Assembly: GCA_963817955.1 (NCBI GenBank)
Contig: CAWFQK010000004.1
Location: 928,001 to 992,000, forward strand
DNA: 64,000 nt
Reading direction: 5' to 3'
Source: an uncultured Gemmatimonadaceae bacterium
GTDB lineage: Bacteria; Gemmatimonadota; Gemmatimonadetes; Gemmatimonadales; Gemmatimonadaceae
Shown piece after piece: positions 29,812-38,149 of the stretch. Position 1 is the stretch's first letter. Each line of letters begins with the position of its first letter. Below the pieces are notes generated by a model. It did not search any database. It was not told where the DNA came from and saw nothing but the letters and a program-made list of their open reading frames with translations. The position numbers and the translations under genes were made by a program.

Positions 29812-30407
29812 ATTGCCCTCCGCGCGGAAAGCGCCTGAGCAATCGTTACACCATCAGCGTATTCGAGATCGCCGCCCACCGGCAGGCCGCGCGCAATGCG
29901 CGATACGGTCACACCGCGTGGCGCGAGCTGGCGCTGAACATACAGCGCCGTCGCCTCGCCCTCGAGGCTCGGATTCGTCGCAATGATCACTTCGCGCACC
30001 TCCTCCTCCCCCGTTCCCTTGTCCAATCGCTCGAGCAGCGCGCCCACCGTCAAGTCCTCCGGGCCCACGCCGTCGAGGGGCGCAAGTCGGCCGCCCAGCA
30101 CATGGTACAATCCGCGAAACTCCGCAGCCCGCTCGATTGCACCGATATCCGACGCCTGCTCCACGACGCAGATGATCGACGCGTCCCGGCGCGGGTCGCG
30201 GCAAATTGCGCACAACTCCTCTTCCGTCAGGTTGAAACACTGCGCACACGGCTTAACGCGTTCACCCAGGGTCAGGAGCGCCTCCGCAAGTCGGCGCGTC
30301 TGGTCGGGCGATTGCCGCAGTAAGTGATAGGTGAGGCGCTGCGCCGTCTTCCGGCCGATGCCCGGTAGACGCGACAGCTCCATCACGAGATCGTCGATCG
30401 CGGGCAT
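29808..30407 (-). CDS. recR: Recombination mediator RecR
   Basis: LPGIGRKTAQRL, C4 zinc finger, YHVLGG, ATNPSLEGEATA, GLPVGGDLEYAD. Confidence 0.95.
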   Translation of the reverse strand: MPAIDDLVMELSRLPGIGRKTAQRLTYHLLRQSPDQTRRLAEALLTLGERVKPCAQCFNLTEEELCAICRDPRRDASIICVVEQASDIGAIERAAEFRGLYHVLGGRLAPLDGVGPEDLTVGALLERLDKGTGEEEVREVIIATNPSLEGEATALYVQRQLAPRGVTVSRIARGLPVGGDLEYADGVTIAQALSARRAM

Positions 30408-30419
30408 GGTCAGGCAGTG

Positions 30420-30737
30420 TTAGAAGGGCAGTTTGAACGGCAGTTGCATGCCGCCCGTGAGCTTGCCCATCTCGTCCTGCGCCATCTTCTGCGCCTTCTG
30501 CTGCGCGTCAGAGATGGCGACCACCACGAGATCTTCCAGCATCTCGACATCGGCGGGATTCACCACGCCCGGATCGAGCTTGATCTTCCTGATCTGTCCG
30601 GTACCGCTGACCTCGACGCTCACCATGCCGCCGCCGGAAGCACCCGTCACCGTCTTTTGCTGGAGCTCGTCCTGTATCTTCTGAAAGCGACCCTGCATTT
30701 CCTGCGCTTGCTGCAGGATTTTCATGAAATCGGGCAT
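30420..30737 (-). CDS. ybaB: YbaB/EbfC nucleoid-associated protein
   Basis: QAQEMQ, GASGGGMV, DVEMLEDLVVVAI. Canonical dnaX-ybaB-recR order. Confidence 0.93.
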   Translation of the reverse strand: MPDFMKILQQAQEMQGRFQKIQDELQQKTVTGASGGGMVSVEVSGTGQIRKIKLDPGVVNPADVEMLEDLVVVAISDAQQKAQKMAQDEMGKLTGGMQLPFKLPF

Positions 30738-30749
30738 GGAGAACCGTGG

Positions 30750-30838
30750 CTAATTGCTAGTTGCGAATTGCTGGTCGTTGGTCGCCCACGATTACCGGTC
30801 ACGATCAACCGGGAACCAGTAACCAGGCACCGAGCAAC
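30750..30838. repeat. Degenerate 7-nt periodic tracts in two opposing orientations
   Basis: ctaattg ctagttg cgaattg ctggtcg ttggtcg ... accggtc acgatca accggga accagta accaggc accgagc. Confidence 0.65.
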
Positions 30839-30872
30839 GCCCCCAAAGCTACCGCTCGCGCGGGAGGCGTCG

Positions 30873-32654
30873 CTAGTCCGTGACGTCCAGATCGAGAGCG
30901 TCGATTGCCGCGTTCAACACGGGATCGCGCTTGCGCAGCGACGCGATGCGCTCGGCGCGCACCATTTCGTCGGTCAGACGTTTCGGCGACGTCGTCGGCG
31001 TCTGCTCGTCGCGCCGCAAGATGATCCGTTCGACGCCGGAAAACGATTCGCGAAGGATGGCGACGATCTCCTGGCTGCCGCCGCCGATGGCGTGCGCGTA
31101 AATGTCGTTTGCCTCATCCAGTTCGATCGTGACGGCGCCGCCAGCGTTCACGGAGATGGGAGACGAATGCTCCAGTGCGCTGGCAAGCATCGGCTTTCCC
31201 CCACTACGAACGCGCTCCACGAGCGCATCCCACTCGCCCGTGAGTTGGGCAACGTCAGGAATGGAGACTGACGCGGAACGAGAGGACGGCGGCACCGCCC
31301 GCCTCGGAGCGAGAGCAGCCGTCGGGACGGCGGCCGTTGTCGACCCACGGTCGACGACCGGCGCCCGAACCGACGCACGCGGCGCACTCGGCGCACTCTG
31401 GTCGCCCTCCCCTCGCCGTTCGCCACTCTGCCAGGACTCGGCGCGCGGGGCGGGACGCGGCTCAGAACGGACGAAAGGGCTCGGATCGCCGCCTCGCCCG
31501 GCGGAGGCCTGTCCGCCGAGCGATCGCAGGACGGCTTCCAACTCCACGGATCGGTCGAGCAACGCAAATCGAACGAGCAAGGTCTCGACGAGAAGCTGCT
31601 GCTGCCCGCTCTTGCGGAACCGCGGCTCCAATTCGCCAATCGCCTGGAGCATGCGCAACAGGTCGGCTGCAGTGAACCGCGTGCACCTCTCCTCCAGTGC
31701 TCCGTGTACGCGCTCGGAGACTTCCGTCGCCTTGCCGCCGAGGACGACGGTGAGCTGCGCCCGCAGCATTTCGGCCAGGCCCATCAGGAAACCGCCGAAA
31801 TCAACGCCCGCCTCGGCGAGACGGGACACTGCCGGAAACACGTCGGCTGCCCGCCGATCGGCGATCAGATCGACGATGGCGATGTATTCGTCTTCCGGTA
31901 CGAGGCCGAGCGCGTCGCGCACGTGCTCCGCCGTGACGCGTCCGTCGCCCATGGAGAGCACCTGATCCGTGATGCTCAGGGCATCGCGCATCGATCCGTC
32001 CGCGGCACGCGAGATCGCCGCCAGCGCATCGGGCTCGGCGGTGATCTGCTCCTCGCCCAACACATGCGTGAGCCGCGCACGGATCTCGGCCGGACCAATG
32101 CGTTTGAAGTCGAAACGCTGCAAGCGGCTGAGTACCGGAGCGGCGGCTTGGGCGATCTTCTGCGGTTCGGTCGTCGCAAACACGAACACGACGCGTGGAG
32201 GCGGCTCCTCGAGAATCTTCAGGAGCGCGTTCCACGCCTCACGCGTGAGCATATGCGCTTCATCGACGATGTAGACCTTGTATCGATCGTCACCCGACGG
32301 GGCATACATCGCCCGCTCGCGCAGTTCGCGCGCGTCATCCACGCCGCGATTCGATGCCGCATCGATCTCGACGACGTCCAGACTGGCCGATCCGCTCCAG
32401 ATGCGGGAGCATGAGGCGCACTCGCCGCACGGCTCGCCCTCGAGCGCCAGATCGCCGCGTCGCTCGCAGTTGAGCGCCATAGCCAGTACACGCGCCAGCG
32501 TCGTCTTCCCCACGCCCCGCGGTCCGCAGAGCAGGTACCCATGCGCCAAGCGTCCGCGGGCGATCGCGCCCTGGAGCGTCGCCGACACGTGCGACTGCAC
32601 GGCAACGTCGGCAAAGCGCTTGGGACGGTACTTACGCGCGAGGGCGAGGCTCAT
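30873..32654 (-). CDS. dnaX: DNA polymerase III subunit gamma/tau
   Basis: LARKYRP, GPRGVGKTT, EIDAASNRGVDD, IVDEAHML, LLKILEEPP. Confidence 0.95.
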   Translation of the reverse strand: MSLALARKYRPKRFADVAVQSHVSATLQGAIARGRLAHGYLLCGPRGVGKTTLARVLAMALNCERRGDLALEGEPCGECASCSRIWSGSASLDVVEIDAASNRGVDDARELRERAMYAPSGDDRYKVYIVDEAHMLTREAWNALLKILEEPPPRVVFVFATTEPQKIAQAAAPVLSRLQRFDFKRIGPAEIRARLTHVLGEEQITAEPDALAAISRAADGSMRDALSITDQVLSMGDGRVTAEHVRDALGLVPEDEYIAIVDLIADRRAADVFPAVSRLAEAGVDFGGFLMGLAEMLRAQLTVVLGGKATEVSERVHGALEERCTRFTAADLLRMLQAIGELEPRFRKSGQQQLLVETLLVRFALLDRSVELEAVLRSLGGQASAGRGGDPSPFVRSEPRPAPRAESWQSGERRGEGDQSAPSAPRASVRAPVVDRGSTTAAVPTAALAPRRAVPPSSRSASVSIPDVAQLTGEWDALVERVRSGGKPMLASALEHSSPISVNAGGAVTIELDEANDIYAHAIGGGSQEIVAILRESFSGVERIILRRDEQTPTTSPKRLTDEMVRAERIASLRKRDPVLNAAIDALDLDVTD

Positions 32655-32734
32655 ACGAAAGGACCGGTGGAGGGAGATGGAATGTACCGCCCCTCGGAGA
32701 CGGACACAAAGTTGCGCCGAACACCCAGAATACG

Positions 32735-32778
32735 AAACGCGGGGACCCGTTCCGGGCTCGGAACGTTGTCTCCCGCGT
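32735..32778 (-). terminator. Hairpin + U-tract downstream of SRP RNA
   Basis: Minus strand ACGCGGGAGAC..GTTCCG AGCC CGGAAC..GTCCCCGCGTTT. Confidence 0.55.
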
Positions 32779-32882
32779 AATACCCCAGGTCTGACGAAGC
32801 GACATCAGACACCTCGTACCGCTGCTACCTTCGGGGTCCTGACGGAGTTGGAAGGCTGACGCCCTCCGGGACCTGGGGCACC
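32779..32882 (-). ncRNA. ffs: Signal recognition particle RNA (small 4.5S type)
   Basis: Minus strand GTCAGG-ACC-CCGAA-GGT-AGCAGC helix-8 motif. Terminal helix GGTGCCCCAGGTC/GACCTGGGGTATT. Usual position upstream of dnaX. Confidence 0.9.
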
Positions 32883-32886
32883 GAAT

Positions 32887-32914
32887 AATTTAACCGCTGG
32901 CCTCTGCCGTTCAA
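32887..32914 (-). promoter_or_regulatory. Candidate sigma-70 promoter of ffs
   Basis: TTGAAC-N16-TAAATT ending a few nt before the SRP 5' helix. Confidence 0.55.
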
Positions 32915-32976
32915 GCGAGCCTAGCCGCCAACATCTGAATCTGGTCGTGGACGCGCACGCGCCTATCTTGGAAGAC

Positions 32977-33501
32977 ATGGCGACGAAACGCGCGGTGAAA
33001 TCCGGCCGAAAGGTGGCGGCAAGGAAAGCATCGGCGAAGAAGTTGGTCGCCAAAACCGCATCGGCGAAGAAGTCGGTCGCCAAAACCGCATCGGCGAAGA
33101 AGACACGCGCCAAGAAGCATCCCAAAAGGCAAAACACGGCGCCCGATGCGCTGACACGCCTACGCAAGATCTGTCTATCGCTGCCCGAGAGCGTCGAAGT
33201 CGAGGCCTGGGGCGAGCCGACGTTTCGCGTGCATGGAAAGATATTCGCGATGCACGCCTCGAGCGGCACCCATCACGACGCCGGTCGGCCCGCGGTGTGG
33301 ATCATGTCGGTGAACATCGAGCAGGATCTGGTACTGCGCGCGCGCCCTGATCGCTACTTCAAGCCACCGTATGTCGGCCCGGGCGGCTGGATTGGAGCCT
33401 GGCTCGACAGAAAGGCGCGCTGGGCGGAGATCGACGACCTCCTGCGCGACGCCTGGCGCAGGAGGGCTCCAAAGAAGCTGGCAGCGCAATTAGAAGACTA
33501 G
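32977..33501 (+). CDS. MmcQ/YjbR family protein with a Lys/Ala-rich (histone H1-like) N-terminal tail
   Basis: LRKICLSLPES.EVEAWGEPTFRVHGKIFAM, YFKPPYVGPGGWIG, AWRRRAPKKL. Confidence 0.85.
   Translation: MATKRAVKSGRKVAARKASAKKLVAKTASAKKSVAKTASAKKTRAKKHPKRQNTAPDALTRLRKICLSLPESVEVEAWGEPTFRVHGKIFAMHASSGTHHDAGRPAVWIMSVNIEQDLVLRARPDRYFKPPYVGPGGWIGAWLDRKARWAEIDDLLRDAWRRRAPKKLAAQLED
33028..33102 (+). repeat. 30-bp coding tandem repeat (about 2.5 copies) encoding ASAKK[L/S]VAKT
   Basis: gcatcggcgaagaagt(t/c)ggtcgccaaaacc starting at 33028, 33058 and 33088 (partial). Confidence 0.9.
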
Positions 33502-33506
33502 TACTG

Positions 33507-34466
33507 TCAGTTCCACCTCAACCCGCGCAGTTCGTCCAGATTCACGTTGCCTCCGGACAGCACGGCCACGACTTTCGACCCCGGTGGCAGCTTCACCAAG
33601 CCGTGCATGAGCGCCGCGACCGATGCCGCGGCCGCGCCCTCGACCACCAGCTTGCACCGCTCCATGATCCAGATGACCGCCTCGAAGATCTCGCGGTCGG
33701 GGAGCGCGACAATGTCATCGACGAACCGCTGCACGACAGAGAAGTTGATCTCGCCGCAGCGACGGACGCGGAGCCCGTCGATGGTCGTGCGACAATCGAT
33801 CGTCTCGAGCTTCCCCGACTCGATACTCGTCTTCATCGCCGGCCCGTCGGACGACTCGACTCCTATGACCTTGATCTTTGGGTTGTGACTCTTGACGGCC
33901 ATGGAGACACCGGAGATCAGACCGCCGCCGCCAATTGGCACCACGACCGCATCGACGTCGGCCCAATCTTGCACGATCTCCAATCCGAGCGTTCCCTGCC
34001 CGGCGATGAGCTCCGCGTCGTCGAAGGGATGCACGTACGTCAGCCCCTCGTCGCGCACCAGCTCCTTCGCCTTTTCGTTGGCTTCGTCCCAGATGGTGCC
34101 GTGCAACACCACTTCGGCGCCGTACCCCTTGGTGGCCGCGATCTTGGCCGGCGTCGCGTTCGCCGCCATGCACACCACGGCGCGAATGCCATAGATCTTC
34201 GCCGCTAACGCAACGCCCTGCGCGTGATTTCCGGCCGACGAACACACGACGCCGCGCCGTTTCTGCTCTTCCGGCATCAACGCGAACTTGTTGAGCGGCC
34301 CACGAATCTTGTACGAGCCGACACGTTGGAACTGTTCGGCCTTCAGGCGGACCTCGTGGCCGGTCAGTTCACTCAGCTGCCGCGTCGTGAGGAGCGGTGT
34401 GTGCTTGATGTGCGTCGCGATGCGCGCGCGGGCCTCTTCGAAATCGCGAAGCGTGAGCGTCAACAT
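33507..34466 (-). CDS. PLP-dependent threonine/serine dehydratase (catalytic domain only)
   Basis: KAEQFQRVGSYKIRG, SAGNHAQG, HPFDD..IAGQGT, PIGGGGL, LSGGN. Confidence 0.9.
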   Translation of the reverse strand: MLTLTLRDFEEARARIATHIKHTPLLTTRQLSELTGHEVRLKAEQFQRVGSYKIRGPLNKFALMPEEQKRRGVVCSSAGNHAQGVALAAKIYGIRAVVCMAANATPAKIAATKGYGAEVVLHGTIWDEANEKAKELVRDEGLTYVHPFDDAELIAGQGTLGLEIVQDWADVDAVVVPIGGGGLISGVSMAVKSHNPKIKVIGVESSDGPAMKTSIESGKLETIDCRTTIDGLRVRRCGEINFSVVQRFVDDIVALPDREIFEAVIWIMERCKLVVEGAAAASVAALMHGLVKLPPGSKVVAVLSGGNVNLDELRGLRWN

Positions 34467-35494
34467 GTTTCCGTGTGTTCGAGAATGCCGCGGATGACGT
34501 CAGCGGCTCGTCGCGCCCCTGCCGCATCGACGTCGAGGTGAGTCACCATCCGGATTCGCGTCGGGCTCCATTCCGCGACGAGCACGCCTTCCTGTTCCGC
34601 CGCGGCGACCACGGCCGCGGCGCGTCTGCCCGGTGGCATGTCCACCATGACGATGTTCGTGTCTGGGGACACCACGGTCGCACCGCCGGCTCCGTCGATG
34701 GTGCACGCGAGTAGCCGCGCATGGGCGTGATCCTCTTCCAGACGATCGATGTGGTGATCCAGCGCGTACAACACGGCGGCGGCGAGCATGCCGGTCTGCC
34801 GCATGGCCCCGCCGAAGAGCTTACGCGCCGTCCAGGCCCGATCAATCATCTGGTGCGTGCCGGCGAGCGCCGCGCCAATCGGCGCGCCAAGTCCCTTCGA
34901 GAAGGCCACCATCACGGTGTCTGCGCATTCGGCGATCTCCGACAGAGCAATGCCGGTGGCGATGCTCGCGTTCCACAAACGTGCGCCATCCATGTGCACC
35001 GGGAGTCCGCGATCGGCGGCGACAGCGCGAATGTCGCGCAGCTCAGGCACCGGCGTCACGACGCCGCCCGCTCCATTGTGCGTATTCTCGACGCACACGA
35101 GACTCGGCAACGGGTTATAGCGTGAATCGGGGCGCAGCGCGCGCCGGAGATCGTCGGCGCTCATCACCAACCCGGTCGGCATCACGGGCTGCACTTGAGC
35201 GCCACTCAGCGCCGCGACACCGGCAATCTCACTATGCACGATGTGCGCGTCGGCATCCAGCACCACTTCCGTTCCACGGCGCGCCTGGAGCCACACCGCC
35301 GCCTGGTTTGCCATCACGCCGCTGGGGAAGAACAGCGCAGCCTCCTTACCGAGCAACGCGGCGACCCGCTTCTGGAGTCGCTGCATCGTGGGATCACCGT
35401 CCCGCTCATCGTCGCCCACCTCGGCCACCGCCATTGCCGCGCGCATTGCGGGCGTGGGCTTGGTGACGGTGTCACTTCGCAAGTCGATCGTCAT
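34460..35494 (-). CDS. ltaE: Low-specificity L-threonine aldolase
   Basis: IDLRSDTVTKPT, ENTHN..GG, HMDGARLWNA, SKGLGAPIG. Confidence 0.92.
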   Translation of the reverse strand: MTIDLRSDTVTKPTPAMRAAMAVAEVGDDERDGDPTMQRLQKRVAALLGKEAALFFPSGVMANQAAVWLQARRGTEVVLDADAHIVHSEIAGVAALSGAQVQPVMPTGLVMSADDLRRALRPDSRYNPLPSLVCVENTHNGAGGVVTPVPELRDIRAVAADRGLPVHMDGARLWNASIATGIALSEIAECADTVMVAFSKGLGAPIGAALAGTHQMIDRAWTARKLFGGAMRQTGMLAAAVLYALDHHIDRLEEDHAHARLLACTIDGAGGATVVSPDTNIVMVDMPPGRRAAAVVAAAEQEGVLVAEWSPTRIRMVTHLDVDAAGARRAADVIRGILEHTETC

Positions 35495-35632
35495 GGGCGA
35501 AATATGGCGACGGCCACATTCCGCGCGCCATCACGGCGTCTGCGTGAGCGGATGTGCGGCCGGCATGCGCGTACAGCTGCCGGCCTTGGAAATGATTTCT
35601 GCAGTTATCGAAACCCCCGGTGTCAGGATAGT

Positions 35633-35780
35633 TGTCGTACGACCGCAGTAGCTTAAGCGGTCAAACGTAGACCATCCTCGGGGGTCAAAGGTGGGTAGTG
35701 TCATGCCGCAATACAGTCCGGCGTTCAAGGACCGAGTGCTCCGGCGTGTAACCGGGTATCTGGCTCGCGGGGGCGGATAG
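35633..35780 (+). pseudogene. Possible IS3-family left end + truncated OrfA fragment
   Basis: TGTCG start, then ATG at 35703 giving MPQYSPAFKDRVLRRVTG (YS..FK helix typical of IS3 OrfA), which stops after 25 aa. Confidence 0.45.
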
Positions 35781-35942
35781 ACGGTGACGGCTGCTTTGGC
35801 AGAAGGTGAGCGTTGCCGGCGCGGACGGCGCGAGGGATTGCGAACGGGTCCGCGGTGAGGCGTGGATTGGGCTCCGGGTGTTGACCGGCTGGATGTCGCT
35901 GGCGGCTCCGTAGCGGTCGGGCCACCGGTCGGCGAGGTTCGA

Positions 35943-36017
35943 GTGTCCAGTTGTGAGTTGTGCGTTGTGAGTGTCTCGGGTCTCGGGTCTCGTGTCTGGT
36001 GTCCCGTGTCCCGTGTC
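35943..36017. repeat. Heptamer array, left half (GTTGTGA then GTGTC[C/T]C units, one register)
   Basis: About 11 in-phase 7-mers ending in a partial unit gtgtc at the transposon left end. Confidence 0.88.
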
Positions 36018-36104
36018 TATACGCGCGTAGAAGTCTTGGCCACGTGATGTGACAAGTCCTGGCCAGTTGTATTCGGAAAGTTTTGGCCATCGTGACAGAG
36101 ACCT

Positions 36105-36264
36105 CACGCGAGCGATCGCCCCTTCTACGCGAAAAACTGCCCCCCCTGGTTTTCGCGCCGCGCTCATATTCCGGGCGAACACGGTGCGATCCCACACCGC
36201 GCCCATCCAACGCGGCGCCCAGCCGAGAATCACCCGTCAACCAACACGTCGTGAGAAATGCACG
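36105..36264 (+). mobile_element. Truncated, diverged IS1380 right-end remnant (inverted relative to the intact copy)
   Basis: Reverse-complement homology to 36299-36458, ending in gtgagaaatgcacg (IR-like). Confidence 0.8.
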
Positions 36265-36280
36265 CTGAACACTCTCCCTA

Positions 36281-36296
36281 TGGCGTGCCCCTTGCT
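36281..36296 (+). promoter_or_regulatory. Candidate sigma-54 (-24/-12) promoter, separated from the histidine kinase gene by IS1380
   Basis: TGGCGTGCCCCTTGCT = TGGC-N7-TTGCT (GG-N10-GC). The IS target CTAG overlaps the -12 element. Confidence 0.65.
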
Positions 36297-36542
36297 AGCC
36301 TGAATTTCTCACGACGTGTTGGTTGACGGGTGATTTTCGGCTGGGCGCCGCGTTGGCTGGGCGCGGTGCGGGATGCGCGCCGTGTTCGCGTGGAATATGA
36401 GCGCGGCGCGAACTCCAGGGGGTCAGTTTTTCGCGTAGACGGGGCGATCGCTCGCGTGCGCGGCGCTCCGGGCGACGACGAGTGTCCCCCGCGGCGGTGT
36501 GCGACGGGAGGGATCCGGCGAGGGCGGTGAGGCGCCTATGCG

Positions 36543-37946
36543 TTAGCGGCGCATCGGCAGCGCGACCAGGGTGGCATGTACACGCGCAAAGAGCGCCGCG
36601 TGCGGGCACCCCGTGGCCAGCGCGAGCCAGACGTTGCGCACCGTCACCCGCAGGCGCGCCCCGATCTTCAAAAGCGTGAGCCGAATCGTCTGGCACTGCG
36701 CCCGCGCGAGATCGGTGCCGACGAGGCCGAGCCGCCGGAGCGCGTGCAGTAAGACGTACGCGAGCGACGAGTAATAGAGCCGGAGCTGGTTCGCCCGCAT
36801 CGTGGCCGCACTCGTGCGATCGGCGAAGAGCATGAGCTGCTGCTCCTTGATCCGGTTCTCCATCTCGCCGCGCGCGCAGTAGAGCTCCTCGTAGAGCGCC
36901 TGGGCGTCGAGCGCCGCGATCGGGAGCGAGGTCACGACGAAGCGCGGGTTCGCTTTACCCTCGCCACTGGCGCCTGCCGTGGGCAGATACTCCGCCTTGG
37001 CCACCACCCGCCGCACGCGGCTCCAGGTGTCGAGGGTCTCGTAGGTCAGTTCCGCGAAGCACCGCGCCGGCGTGCCGGTGGCGACGCTCTCGGTCTCGAC
37101 CGCGCGCAGCTCGTCGGCGATCCGCGCCGTGAGGCGCGTGTTCTTCGCCAGCCCCAGCACGTAGTCCACTGCCTGCTGCTCGCACCACGCCATGATCGTC
37201 TCGCGGCAGAAGCCACTGTCGGCCCGCACCGTGATCCGCACGTCCGGCCACACCTCCCGGACCTGGGCGACGATCCGCGTGAGTTCGTCCACACTCCCCG
37301 CACTCGCGTCGATGCTGGCCGACCGCAAGCGCGCGCACAGCAGATGCTCGCCAGCGAAGATGTAGAGCGGCAGGTAGCAGTAGTGGCCGTAATAGCCGTG
37401 AAAGAAACGTCCCTCCTGCTCGCCGTGCACCGGATCGTCCGTGGCGTCGAGATCGAGCACGATCGCCTCGGGCGGCGTGGCGTGGGCCTCGAGGAACAGC
37501 GTGACCAGGTGCCGGTCGATCGCCGCATGATCCACGGTGATCTTCTTGTAGCGTTCCTGTCCGCCCACCGTGGCCGCGCTCAGTTCGAGGCGGTTGAGCG
37601 TGCTCTTCCCCGCCAGCGGCGCGGTGAGATCGTCAGCCTCCGCGAGCACGGCCAGGAGCGGATCGCGCCGTAACGCGTCGTGGTCGTTCAGATCCTCGTA
37701 GCCGAGCGCGAGCCCATACACCCGCTGCCGCACGAGCGCCACCACCGAGTGCGTCACGCGCGCCGGATCGCGGTGGTCGGTGAAGCAGTCCGCGAAACGT
37801 CCAAGGATCCCCGTTGCCCGATCCACCTCGCGCAGGAGCACCGCCCCCCCATCGGAGGTCAGCGCACCGCCGTCAAACCGGGCACGTACCGCCCGCCCGC
37901 CGACCGCTTGAAATTGCAGGGTGTCCGCCGTACACTCTGTCTGCAT
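36543..37946 (-). CDS. IS1380-family DDE transposase
   Basis: FDGGALTSDGGAVLL, GYEDLNDHD, LDLDATDDPVHGEQEG..FHGYY, RADSGF, YCARGEMENRIKE. Confidence 0.95.
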   Translation of the reverse strand: MQTECTADTLQFQAVGGRAVRARFDGGALTSDGGAVLLREVDRATGILGRFADCFTDHRDPARVTHSVVALVRQRVYGLALGYEDLNDHDALRRDPLLAVLAEADDLTAPLAGKSTLNRLELSAATVGGQERYKKITVDHAAIDRHLVTLFLEAHATPPEAIVLDLDATDDPVHGEQEGRFFHGYYGHYCYLPLYIFAGEHLLCARLRSASIDASAGSVDELTRIVAQVREVWPDVRITVRADSGFCRETIMAWCEQQAVDYVLGLAKNTRLTARIADELRAVETESVATGTPARCFAELTYETLDTWSRVRRVVAKAEYLPTAGASGEGKANPRFVVTSLPIAALDAQALYEELYCARGEMENRIKEQQLMLFADRTSAATMRANQLRLYYSSLAYVLLHALRRLGLVGTDLARAQCQTIRLTLLKIGARLRVTVRNVWLALATGCPHAALFARVHATLVALPMRR

Positions 37947-38017
37947 AAACGGCTGCCTCGCAGTGGATGTTAAGGTCTTCTAGATAAAGCCCTTATACCA
38001 CCGCAGGCAGCCGTTTA
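37946..38017 (-). promoter_or_regulatory. Hairpin overlapping the transposase translation-initiation region
   Basis: taaacggctgcct (37946-58) / aggcagccgttta (38005-17), a perfect 13-bp inverted repeat abutting the ATG. Confidence 0.6.
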
Positions 38018-38149
38018 GCAATAGCGATGTGAGAAATTCGGGCTAGCCACTGGCCTCGGCAATCACTCCGGCTTCCCGCCAAGGTGGCTGCGAAAGTTGG
38101 CGTTCACATGCTCGCAGGCGCGCTTCATTCACGTCCCCCTCTACACTGC

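Larger units (their letters stand above)
36299..38042 (-). mobile_element. IS1380-family insertion sequence (1744 bp)
   Basis: IRs CCTGAATTTCTCAC / GTGAGAAATTCGGG (13/14). CTAG duplicated at 36295-36298 and 38043-38046. Single transposase ORF. Confidence 0.93.

Noticed and set aside
35495..35632. Glycine or other amino-acid riboswitch upstream of ltaE
   Set aside because: No glycine-riboswitch or T-box consensus elements were recognisable.
35685..36696. ORFs 35685-36233, 35725-36240 and 36295-36696
   Set aside because: They translate heptamer repeats (TRDTGH..) and non-coding IS/transposon ends.
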